A stretch of 64,000 bases of DNA. It comes from Steroidobacteraceae bacterium. Lineage in GTDB: Bacteria; Pseudomonadota; Gammaproteobacteria; Steroidobacterales; Steroidobacteraceae. The notes beneath the pieces were generated by a model, which saw only the letters and a list, made by a program, of their open reading frames with translations, made no database searches and was not told the DNA's origin. Shown one piece after another: positions 42,808 to 51,198 of the stretch. Position 1 is the stretch's first letter. The number at the start of each line of letters is the position of its first letter. Position numbers and translations under genes: made by a program. The stretch covers positions 800 through 64,799 of the forward strand of contig DATNFA010000119.1 of the NCBI GenBank assembly GCA_035606615.1, in the 5' to 3' direction.

Positions 42808-43697
42808 CAACGCACGCGGATCTTTTCGTAGTCGGCGTGCTCGACGTGCTCGAGCACCTGGTACTTCACGGTGCTGAGCCCGTCCTCGGCGGGATCCGCC
42901 AGGCCGCGCAGCAGCAGGCTGCGGCGCCGGCGGTTCTGCTTCACATAGGAGCGCAACGGCGCGCCCTGAGCTTCAGGATTCGGCAGGTCGCGGAACGTGC
43001 CTTCGGCGTCGAAGTAGCACAAATAGCCGGCGAGCAGCAGCCGGAAAAAGAAGTCGTCGTCTTCCTTGCCCCAGCCCCAGTATTCGTTTGAGAAGCCATT
43101 GGCCGCGAACGCCTGGTCCTTGCGAATCGAGACCGCGCCCGAGAAGTAATGGCAATTGCGCTGCCGGGTATCGACCGCGCCATCGCCGCTGAGCAGTCGC
43201 GTGACGAGGCGCAGCGGTTGCGACGGGCACGCGTAGTTGGCGAGCACCGGCACGGCATCGACATCGTGCAGGCAGTAGTAGTCGGTGGCGTCGGCAGTCA
43301 GCTGCATGCCGATGTTGAGCAGACGCCCGCGATTGAACGGCAGCCCGTCCTCCTGCTCGACGACCACGATCCGCCGGCGCACGCCCTGCTCGCGCAGCGT
43401 TGCAGTGAGCGCCGGCACGAGTTGCGCGAGATGCTGCGCGCGGTCGCGATAGGGAACGACGATCGTGAGACGGCGATCGGCGGTGAATGACAACGGGCGG
43501 AACACGCGGCCGGCCAGCAGCGTGCGAGCCATGCCGGGAATCAGTTTCCAGTTCGCGATGCTGACGGGCGCGTAGCGGCCCTCGACGCTCAGTCCCTGAA
43601 GCGGATCCGTGCGCAAGCGCTTGCTCGGCAACCAGCGGTTCAGCCATCGCGGACCCCGCGACGGCTCGACCGGGTCGAGAAAATACGGGACGGACAA
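42804..43697 (-). CDS. GT7-family (beta-1,4-galactosyltransferase-like) glycosyltransferase
   Basis: VVPYRDR, FNRGRLLNIG, HDVD, YFSGAVS, NGFSNEYWGWGKEDDD. TTG start has AGGAG 7 nt upstream. Confidence 0.85.
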   Translation of the reverse strand: MSVPYFLDPVEPSRGPRWLNRWLPSKRLRTDPLQGLSVEGRYAPVSIANWKLIPGMARTLLAGRVFRPLSFTADRRLTIVVPYRDRAQHLAQLVPALTATLREQGVRRRIVVVEQEDGLPFNRGRLLNIGMQLTADATDYYCLHDVDAVPVLANYACPSQPLRLVTRLLSGDGAVDTRQRNCHYFSGAVSIRKDQAFAANGFSNEYWGWGKEDDDFFFRLLLAGYLCYFDAEGTFRDLPNPEAQGAPLRSYVKQNRRRRSLLLRGLADPAEDGLSTVKYQVLEHVEHADYEKIRVRW

Positions 43698-43874
43698 GAT
43701 TGCACTCCTGCGGGTCGGCCTACAGTTTAACGATTCGTTCCGCCGGCCGTCACTCCCGGCCCTTCAGGTCCGCGGCCGACCAGAAAACCAGGTATGCAAC
43801 GCAGGCTTTCGCCAGTGCGCATAACGCGGCATGCTCGCGGCCGGTTGCACCGGAACGGAGAGCCCCAGGCGTAG

Positions 43875-44684
43875 ATGCGCACCTGCCTGATCGTAACGAC
43901 ATACAACTGGCCCGAGGCCCTGCACCTCACGCTCGCGAGCGTGGCGAGGCAGACGCAGCGGCCGGACGAAATAATCGTCGCCGACGACGGCTCGGGCCCC
44001 GCCACGCGAGCCATGATCGACCAGTGGCGCGCAGCCGGCCTGCCGCTGGAGCACGTCTGGCAGGAGGATCAGGGCTTTCGCCTCGCTCGCTCCCGCAACC
44101 GCGCGATCGCGGCTACGCCCGCCGAGTACATCCTGCTCGTCGACGGTGACATGGTCCTGCATCCGCACTTCGTCGCGGACCACGTGCGCTGCGCGCGACC
44201 GGACTGCTTCATCCAGGGCGCGCGCCCGCAGCTCTCTGCCACAACCACTGCCCAGCTGTTGCAAGGCAGCGGCCCGACCGACCTGGGCCCGCTCACGCCG
44301 GGATTGCACCGACGCGCCTACGCAATGCGCAGCCCGCTGCTGAGCCGCGTTTTCTCCCGGACCAAGGGCACGCTCGGCGGCGTGCAGGGCTGCAACCAAT
44401 CCTTCTGGCGCAGTCACGCGCTTCAGGTGAACGGCTACGACGAGCGTTTCACCGCGTGGGGACCGGAAGATCGCGAATTCGTCGCCCGCCTCCTGCACGT
44501 CGGGCTGCGGCGCCGCTACGTGCGTCACATGGCAATCGCCTTTCATCTGCATCACGCATCGCGTGCGCCGACCGCGCCGAATCCGTTCGATCGGCTGCTG
44601 GACGAGACGCTCGCCAGCGGTACGACGTGGACCGAGCAAGGCCTCGCCGCCCACCTGGACACGACCCGCGCTCGTCACGCGTGA
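43875..44684 (+). CDS. Glycosyltransferase family 2
   Basis: LIVTTYN, IIVADDGS, RSRNRAI, VDGD, NGYDERFTAWGPED. Confidence 0.9.
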   Translation: MRTCLIVTTYNWPEALHLTLASVARQTQRPDEIIVADDGSGPATRAMIDQWRAAGLPLEHVWQEDQGFRLARSRNRAIAATPAEYILLVDGDMVLHPHFVADHVRCARPDCFIQGARPQLSATTTAQLLQGSGPTDLGPLTPGLHRRAYAMRSPLLSRVFSRTKGTLGGVQGCNQSFWRSHALQVNGYDERFTAWGPEDREFVARLLHVGLRRRYVRHMAIAFHLHHASRAPTAPNPFDRLLDETLASGTTWTEQGLAAHLDTTRARHA

Positions 44685-45676
44685 GGTAGCTCGAGCAAAG
44701 CGGCTTCAAGGCGGCCCGTGAAACCGCTCTTGTTGTCGGCAAACCAGGCGCGCGCGCGTGCCCCGAGCTGACTGCACTCCGCATCGCTCATGGCGAGGGT
44801 GCGCTCGATCGCCGCCTCCAACCCTGCCTCATCGAACTGATGCGTCGTCGCGAGCCGCTGCGTGCCAGTCGCGCGATACGGCACGAGCACGCCGCGGTCC
44901 GCAGTGACCAGCTCGTTCATCGGACGGGCATCGACGGTGATCGTCACCGCCCCGACGCCCATCGCTTCCGCGATGTAATGCCCCCAGCCTTCGGTCAGCG
45001 ACAGGCAGAGGTGGAACACGCTTTCGTTCTGCAGCTGGCGCAATTCCTGGTCGGACATGTAGCCGACGCGCGCCTCGATGTTCGGCGCGACCGGCGGCAC
45101 CGGCGCGCCGTCCTTGTGTTGCACGAGGATCAGGCGCGGCCATTCCGGATGCCGCTGCCAGACCTGGACCAGGCGATCCGTGCCCTTCATCGTGCTCTTG
45201 CCGGCCAGATGGAAATAAGTGCGCTGCTTCGCGATCCCGCTTTCGTAGCGATCGTCGCTGTCGAAGCCGATGTAGGTGGTGTTGCAGCCGAGCGCGCGGA
45301 ACAGCTCGCGTGTGTAGGTGGTCTTCGCCCAGACGTTGTCGACCTCCGCCAGGAATCGCCGATCGTGCCGGTCGAACCACTCGGGATTCGGTACGGCGAC
45401 GTTGATAGGCGCCGTCGACAGGTACTGCAGCCAGACGTGCTCGAGCATGAGGTTGACATCGGCACGCGACGTCTGTGCCTTGCCACCCGCCCCGCCCCAC
45501 GCCAGCCGCGCGCGCGTCGCGAACTGCGCCAGCGGCGAGCGACGGCGCCGCGCCTGCACCGCGTCGATGATCGTGACGTCTACCTGATGACCCGAAGCCT
45601 GCAGCGCGCTGGCGAGCAGATCGATATCCCGCGCCAGGCCGACGCCGTTGGACTTGCCGATGATGTTGACGCGCAC
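44675..45676 (-). CDS. GT-B fold glycosyltransferase (GT4 / Glycos_transf_1-like)
   Basis: VPNPEW, HLAGKSTMKGT, TEGWGHYIAEA (E-x7-E), PMNELV. Start uncertain (GTG 45676 or 45688). Confidence 0.8.
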   Translation of the reverse strand: MRVNIIGKSNGVGLARDIDLLASALQASGHQVDVTIIDAVQARRRRSPLAQFATRARLAWGGAGGKAQTSRADVNLMLEHVWLQYLSTAPINVAVPNPEWFDRHDRRFLAEVDNVWAKTTYTRELFRALGCNTTYIGFDSDDRYESGIAKQRTYFHLAGKSTMKGTDRLVQVWQRHPEWPRLILVQHKDGAPVPPVAPNIEARVGYMSDQELRQLQNESVFHLCLSLTEGWGHYIAEAMGVGAVTITVDARPMNELVTADRGVLVPYRATGTQRLATTHQFDEAGLEAAIERTLAMSDAECSQLGARARAWFADNKSGFTGRLEAALLELPHA

Positions 45677-45762
45677 CGTGCGCCGCACGGAGGCAGCATC
45701 CGGAAGTGGCGGCGGTTGAAGAGAGGCGCTGCACATACGAGCGCGGCGCATTGTACAGCCGT

Positions 45763-46569
45763 TCAGCCAGCTGTATCCGCCGGCGCTCCTGGCGCTCGGG
45801 CCGCCGCGGCATCGCTGTGCGTCAACGACCGCCGCCGCCTGCGAGAAACCTTGGCCCAAGCGCGGGCGAATGCGAGCCCGCGGCGGCTCCCGACCATCCT
45901 GACCAGCCCTGGGCTGATGCGCTCCCTGGAGAACACGTGCACGTTCCGCCCGTTGCTCGACAGCTGCATGCCCAGGCGCTCGGCGGCGATCTGCAGCGCG
46001 CGCGCCGAGAAAAAGCTGATGTGCTGACCGCCTTCAGGCGCGTAGTACCACCATTCGCCCGGACGATTGCGCACTGCCGGCAGCTGCTCGGTGCCGATCA
46101 GCACCGTCGGAGCAAGCTGCGCGAGCTCCTGCAGGACGGTCATGGGGTCGACGATGTGCTCGATGACCTCGATGCTGGTCGCGAGATCGAAGCGCTCGCC
46201 CGCCCGCGCGTCGAAGCCCACTGCGAAGATGTTGTCGCAATATTTGTCCTGCCGGTAGAAATCGTAGCCGCGGTCGCGCATGAGCCGGACGAACAGGCCG
46301 GCGCCGCCGCCGAAGTCGATGCAGCGGCGCGCCTGCGGCAGCCCGAGATCGATCAGCGTGCCGACCAGGTCCGCGAACCGCAGGTTGCGGACGACGATGC
46401 CGGTATCGGCCGCTGCAATCGGCAGCTCGTAGGCTTGCTCCAGCCAGGTCGGCTGCTCGACGAACACGAACCCGCAGCGCGTGCAGCGCAGATAACGTGC
46501 AGTGAAGGTCTGCAGAACCTGCTGCTCGCCGAAATGCTCCGTCGCCGATTCGCATATTTTGCAAAGCAT
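45763..46569 (-). CDS. Class I SAM-dependent methyltransferase with N-terminal Cys pairs
   Basis: CKIC...CTRC, IDFGGGAG motif I, IEVIEH, GQHISFF; type seen in polysaccharide loci. Confidence 0.85.
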   Translation of the reverse strand: MLCKICESATEHFGEQQVLQTFTARYLRCTRCGFVFVEQPTWLEQAYELPIAAADTGIVVRNLRFADLVGTLIDLGLPQARRCIDFGGGAGLFVRLMRDRGYDFYRQDKYCDNIFAVGFDARAGERFDLATSIEVIEHIVDPMTVLQELAQLAPTVLIGTEQLPAVRNRPGEWWYYAPEGGQHISFFSARALQIAAERLGMQLSSNGRNVHVFSRERISPGLVRMVGSRRGLAFARAWAKVSRRRRRSLTHSDAAAARAPGAPADTAG

Positions 46570-46599
46570 TGCGACATTGGAGCAGATCGGCCTGCGAAC

Positions 46600-47031
46600 T
46601 CAAGGTCCGCCCCGCCCACCGTCCAGGCGCGATTGCAGGGAGGCGCCGTCATGTCGCCACTTGCCGGGCCCGCCGATCGGCCGACTGCCCTCGGGCGCGA
46701 GCCGGCCATGGCGGATGAGCCGCGCCTGAATGCCGCCGCGGGTGCGGCCGTGCGCCTGCGCCAGCTGCGCGAGCGGCCGGCCGCCATCGAAGGCAGACAG
46801 CAGCTGACGATCCTCCTCTTCCGTCCACGGCTTACCAGCGTTGTTCGATCCCGCATCCTGCCCGCGAGTGCGCCGACGACTCGCAGCTTCGAGCGACCTC
46901 ACCGCGCAATACAGCGCGCGGATCACGTCCGGCGATTGGTAAGGACTATCGGCTGCAAACAGCTCGCCGGTGAGCGGATTGACCCCGTTGGCGAGCGCCG
47001 ACACGATCGCGTGTGCTCTGGCTTCTTCCAT
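46600..47031 (-). CDS. Hypothetical protein with Myb/SANT-like helix-turn-helix segment
   Basis: NGVNPLTGE N-segment and AGKPWTEEEDRQL...HGRTRGGIQARL; GGAG upstream of the ATG. Confidence 0.7.
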   Translation of the reverse strand: MEEARAHAIVSALANGVNPLTGELFAADSPYQSPDVIRALYCAVRSLEAASRRRTRGQDAGSNNAGKPWTEEEDRQLLSAFDGGRPLAQLAQAHGRTRGGIQARLIRHGRLAPEGSRPIGGPGKWRHDGASLQSRLDGGRGGP

Positions 47032-47101
47032 GACAGATCTCCCTATGTGCGCGTCTTCAGCATGCGCAACGATTGCGCGGTCCCACGCAGTTTAGGCAGG
47101 T

Positions 47102-48055
47102 GTGGTACTGTCGCCGCCGCGAGAAATCCGGCCTTTCATCGAAAAATTCGCAGCCAACTCGCCGTACGTGCGCACTTTCGCCCTGTTCGTCGCTCTGCTC
47201 GCCTGCTCGCTGCTCCTCGCAGCGGCCCTCACCTATCCGGCCTGGCTGCTCGTCGGCACGGTTTCGGTCGAGCCCGTGCATCGCGTGATGAACCGGCTCG
47301 CGATGCTGATCGCGGTCGTCGGCCTCGTGTTGCTCACGCGCAGGCTCGGACTATCGAATCGCGCGGCGCTCGGCTACCGGCTGCCGCGCGCGGAATTCCT
47401 GCGTCAGCTCGGCATCGGCTGGGCTGCCGGTATCGGCCTGATGTTGCCGCTGGTCGCATTGCTGCTCGCGCTCGACGTGCGGCAGATCAAGCCGGGGCTT
47501 GATGGCGAACTGCTGCCGCTGGTCGGGCAAGGTCTGCTCTCCGGTCTGGTCGTCGCGTTCATCGAAGAGACCTTCTTCCGCGGGATCCTGTTCACCGCCG
47601 TGGCGCGCACCTCGGGCATCCGCGCCGCTATCGTCGCGCCGAGCGTGTTGTACGCGGCACTGCATTTCCTTGGCGGCAAGCTGCGCGTGCCGCCGGAAGA
47701 AGTGTCATGGGTACACGGCTTTCAGGTGCTGAGCCGGCTGTTCGAGCGCTACGCGCAGCCGCTGACCTTCATCGATTCTTTTCTGGCTCTGGTCGCGCTC
47801 GGCATCGTGCTCGCGCTGGTGCGGCTGCGGACCGGCGCGATCGCCGCGTGCATCGGCCTGCACGCCGCCGGTGTTTGCATGATTTTCATTCTGCGCGACG
47901 CGACGACGATCAACGGCAACGCGAAGCTGGCGGGAATCGTCGGCACGTATGACGGCGTGATCGGTTGGGCAGCGTTCGTGTGGCTCGCTGCGATCGCCAT
48001 CGCATTTACGTTTTATCAGTTGTCGGAATCGGAGTCGTCGTCGCGCGATTCCTGA
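47102..48055 (+). CDS. CPBP/Abi-family intramembrane glutamic endopeptidase
   Basis: EETFFRG, YAALHF, IGLHAAG motifs; multiple TM helices. Start uncertain. Confidence 0.88.
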   Translation: MVLSPPREIRPFIEKFAANSPYVRTFALFVALLACSLLLAAALTYPAWLLVGTVSVEPVHRVMNRLAMLIAVVGLVLLTRRLGLSNRAALGYRLPRAEFLRQLGIGWAAGIGLMLPLVALLLALDVRQIKPGLDGELLPLVGQGLLSGLVVAFIEETFFRGILFTAVARTSGIRAAIVAPSVLYAALHFLGGKLRVPPEEVSWVHGFQVLSRLFERYAQPLTFIDSFLALVALGIVLALVRLRTGAIAACIGLHAAGVCMIFILRDATTINGNAKLAGIVGTYDGVIGWAAFVWLAAIAIAFTFYQLSESESSSRDS

Positions 48056-48636
48056 ATGTCCAGCCGCGACTGCAGCCATTGCAGCCGTTCCGGTCCGTCT
48101 GACAGCTCGAGCAGCTCCTGTCGCTCGACCGGGGCGAGCGGCAGGATTTCGGCGAGCCGCATCCCGACCCAGGTTGCATCTTCGTAGGCGGGCGTGACTT
48201 CGCCATAGGCCGGCCCGATCTGCTCCAGCGCGCGCCGCAGCAACTCGGCGAGCACCGCGCACTGCGGCGGCACTTCAGCCCGGACCTCGTCGTCGAGCCA
48301 CTCGACCTGGGCCACGTTCAGACCGTCGCTCTCCTGATGGACGTGCACGATGCGAAAGCGCCGTTCGCCGCGCGCAGTGATGCCGAGCAACCCGTCCTCG
48401 AGCTGCTCGAAATCGACGATGCGCGCCAGAGTGCCGACCGCCACGGTCTGCGCCGCCCCGCCCGCTTCGCGCCCTGCGACGATGAGCGCGACCCCGAAAC
48501 CGGAATCCTCGCGCATGCAGCGGCTGATCATGTCGAGATAACGCGGCTCGAAAATCCGCAAGCGCAGCGGCCCGCCCGGAAACAGCACGGTGTTCAGCGG
48601 GAATAGCGGAAGACTTGCGTGGGTCGCGCTACGCAT
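48016..48636 (-). CDS. Stand-alone Lon N-terminal substrate-binding domain protein
   Basis: PLFPLNTVLFPG, IFEPRY, VGTLARI; no AAA or protease domain. Confidence 0.88.
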   Translation of the reverse strand: MRSATHASLPLFPLNTVLFPGGPLRLRIFEPRYLDMISRCMREDSGFGVALIVAGREAGGAAQTVAVGTLARIVDFEQLEDGLLGITARGERRFRIVHVHQESDGLNVAQVEWLDDEVRAEVPPQCAVLAELLRRALEQIGPAYGEVTPAYEDATWVGMRLAEILPLAPVERQELLELSDGPERLQWLQSRLDIQESRDDDSDSDN

Positions 48637-48655
48637 GGATATGGGGCAGTCGAGC

Positions 48656-50026
48656 TTACTTCTTGGCGAGCCGCTCCAGGAGTTTCTTGTGAATGCCGCC
48701 GAAACCGCCGTTCGACATGATGAGCACGTGATCGCCGGCGCTCACTGTCGCGCCCAGCGTCGCGACCAGCTGATCGAGATCTTTTGCGACCGCTGCGCGC
48801 TCGCCCAGCGCCGCAACCGAGCCGGCGACGTCCCAGGTCACGTTCGGGCCCTGGTACAGCCAGACGCGGTCGGCGCGCTCCAGCGCCTTCGCCATCGCTT
48901 CGCGATGCGTGCCGAGCTTCATCGTGTTCGAGCGCGGCTCGAGCACGGCGATCAGTCGTGAGCTGCCGATGCGCCGGCGCAGCCCGTCGATCGTCACCTC
49001 GATCGCGGTCGGATGATGCGCAAAGTCGTCGTAGACGGTGACGCCGCCGACCACACCGCGCACTTCGAGCCTGCGGCGCACCCCGCCGAACTCCTTGAGC
49101 GCGGCAATCGAAGTCTCCAGGGCGACGCCCGCGTGACGCGCGGCGAGCACTGCGGCCAGCGCGTTCTCCGCATTGTGCCGTCCGAGCATCTGCCACTGCG
49201 CTTCGACGATGCGCCGATTGCCTTGCATGATCGCGAACGACGTGTAGTCGCCGCCAGGCGGCGCAGCGGCATACCAATTCGTGTCGCCGCTGACGGTGCC
49301 GGCAAAACGCTCGACTGGCGTCCAGCAGCCCATGTCGATCACGCGCATCACGTTCGCATCGCCCGCGTTGGCGACGACCTGGCCGTTGCGCGGCACCATG
49401 CGCAACAGCTGGTGGAACTGCCACTGGATCGAAGCGACGTCAGGATAGATATCGGCGTGGTCGTGCTCGAGATTGTTCAGCACTGCCGTGCGCGGCCGGT
49501 AGTGAACGAACTTGGCGCGCTTGTCGAAGAACGCCGTGTCGTACTCGTCCGCTTCGACGACGAAGTACCGGCCGCCGCCGAGCCGCGCCGTGACGTTGAA
49601 ATTGCCGGGGACCCCGCCGATCAGAAATCCCGGTTCGAGGCCGGCGTACTCGAGGATCCACGCGAGAATGCTCGAAGTCGTGGTCTTGCCGTGCGTGCCG
49701 GCGACCGCGAGCGTCCAGCGGCCGGCGAGCACGTGCCGCGCGAGCCATTCCGGGCCGGACGTATAGGGAATGCCGCTTTCCAGCAGCGCCTCCACCAGCG
49801 CGTTGCCGCGGCTCATCACGTTGCCGACGACGACGACGTCCGGCCGCAGCTGCAACTGTTGCGGGTCGTAGCCTTCGATCAGCTCGATGCCGAGCGCGGC
49901 GAGCTGGTCGGACATCGGCGGATAGACGTTCTGGTCCGAGCCGGTGACTCGATGGCCGGTCGCGCGCGCCAGCGCGGCGATGCCTCCCATGAACGTGCCG
50001 CAGATCCCGAGAATGTGAACGTGCAT
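48656..50026 (-). CDS. mpl: Murein peptide ligase
   Basis: HILGICGTFMGG, GTHGKTTTSS, EADEYDTAFFDKR, DDFAHHPTA, EPRSNTM. Start trimmed to ATG 50026. Confidence 0.96.
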   Translation of the reverse strand: MHVHILGICGTFMGGIAALARATGHRVTGSDQNVYPPMSDQLAALGIELIEGYDPQQLQLRPDVVVVGNVMSRGNALVEALLESGIPYTSGPEWLARHVLAGRWTLAVAGTHGKTTTSSILAWILEYAGLEPGFLIGGVPGNFNVTARLGGGRYFVVEADEYDTAFFDKRAKFVHYRPRTAVLNNLEHDHADIYPDVASIQWQFHQLLRMVPRNGQVVANAGDANVMRVIDMGCWTPVERFAGTVSGDTNWYAAAPPGGDYTSFAIMQGNRRIVEAQWQMLGRHNAENALAAVLAARHAGVALETSIAALKEFGGVRRRLEVRGVVGGVTVYDDFAHHPTAIEVTIDGLRRRIGSSRLIAVLEPRSNTMKLGTHREAMAKALERADRVWLYQGPNVTWDVAGSVAALGERAAVAKDLDQLVATLGATVSAGDHVLIMSNGGFGGIHKKLLERLAKK

Positions 50027-50054
50027 AATTGCGGCGGATTGTACACGCACGCAC

Positions 50055-51188
50055 ATGTCAGCCACGCCGCCGCTCACCACCTCCGCTGATCTCTCCGACG
50101 CGCTCGCTCGGCTCGCGCCCGGCGATTTCGTCGCGCTCGACACCGAGTTCATGCGCGAAAGCACCTACTTCCCGAAGCTGTGCCTGATCCAGGCGGCGAC
50201 GTCGGACGCGTGCGCGGTGCTCGATCCGCTGGCACTTCCCGACCTCGGGCCGCTGTGGCAATTTCTCGCGTCGCGCGAGCGAATCAAAGTGCTGCACGCG
50301 GCACGGCAGGACCTGGAGGTGCTCACGACCGTGACGCCGGGTCAGCCGGTGCCGGGACCGATCTTCGACACGCAGATTGCAGCGGCGCTGCTCGGTCATC
50401 CGGCGCAGATCGGCTATGGCTCGCTGGTAGCCGAGCGTCTGGGCCATACGCTCGCGAAGGGCCACACGCGCACCGATTGGACGCGCCGGCCGCTCACCCC
50501 GGAACAGCTGCAGTACGCCGAAGACGACGTGCGCTATCTCGTGCCGCTGTACCTCGATCTGCGCGACGCATTGGCGGCCGCGGGACGACTCGAGTGGTTG
50601 TACGAAGAGACGCGCGAGCTCGAGGATCTCGACCTGCACCGGACCGATCCGGATGCCGCGTGGCGCCGGCTCAAGGGACTTGATCGCCTGCAGCCGCAGC
50701 AGCGCGCGACGGCGAAGTTGCTGGCGCAATGGCGTGAAGCGATGGCGATCAAGCACGATAAGCCGCGCGGCTGGATTCTCGCCGACGACGCGTTGCGCGA
50801 AATCGCGGAGCGGCTGCCCGGCACGATTCGGGATCTCGAATCGATCCGCAATCTGCCGCCCGGTGTGGTGCGCCGACGCGGCGATGAACTGATTGCGTTG
50901 ATAGAGCGCGGCCGCGGCGAAGCGGCCAACGAAGCTGCCGCGAGCAATCCGCCACGGCCTCAGCCGCACCAGTTGGCGCTGGTGTCGAAGTTGATGAACA
51001 TCGCGCGCGAAACCGCGCAGCACGCGAAGATCAACGCCGAGGTGCTGGCCACGCGACGCGATATCGAGCAACTGGTTTTCGCACGCCGCACCGAGCACCT
51101 GCTGAGCGGCTGGCGACGCGAGATCATCGGTGAGCCGCTGCTCGCCGCTGCGCGGGAATCGGGCTTGGAGATTGGAGAGTCAGGCTAA
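50055..51188 (+). CDS. rnd: Ribonuclease D
   Basis: ALDTEF, CLIQ, LHAARQD, FDTQ, YAEDDV, HRDC region, GWRREII. Confidence 0.93.
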   Translation: MSATPPLTTSADLSDALARLAPGDFVALDTEFMRESTYFPKLCLIQAATSDACAVLDPLALPDLGPLWQFLASRERIKVLHAARQDLEVLTTVTPGQPVPGPIFDTQIAAALLGHPAQIGYGSLVAERLGHTLAKGHTRTDWTRRPLTPEQLQYAEDDVRYLVPLYLDLRDALAAAGRLEWLYEETRELEDLDLHRTDPDAAWRRLKGLDRLQPQQRATAKLLAQWREAMAIKHDKPRGWILADDALREIAERLPGTIRDLESIRNLPPGVVRRRGDELIALIERGRGEAANEAAASNPPRPQPHQLALVSKLMNIARETAQHAKINAEVLATRRDIEQLVFARRTEHLLSGWRREIIGEPLLAAARESGLEIGESG

Positions 51189-51196
51189 AGCCTGAC
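51179..51196. repeat. REP-like palindrome GTCAGGCT-AA-AGCCTGAC
   Basis: Perfect 8-bp stem overlapping the rnd stop codon, between convergent genes. Confidence 0.75.
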
Positions 51197-51198
51197 AA

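Noticed and set aside
43704-43714. Possible additional REP remnant (minus strand GTAGGCCGACC)
   Set aside because: Only the GTAGG start resembles the family and there is no stem; too short to call.
40029-46569. Recent horizontal island or prophage call for the glycan locus
   Set aside because: No integrase, tRNA, direct repeats or visible GC drop; it reads as compositionally native.
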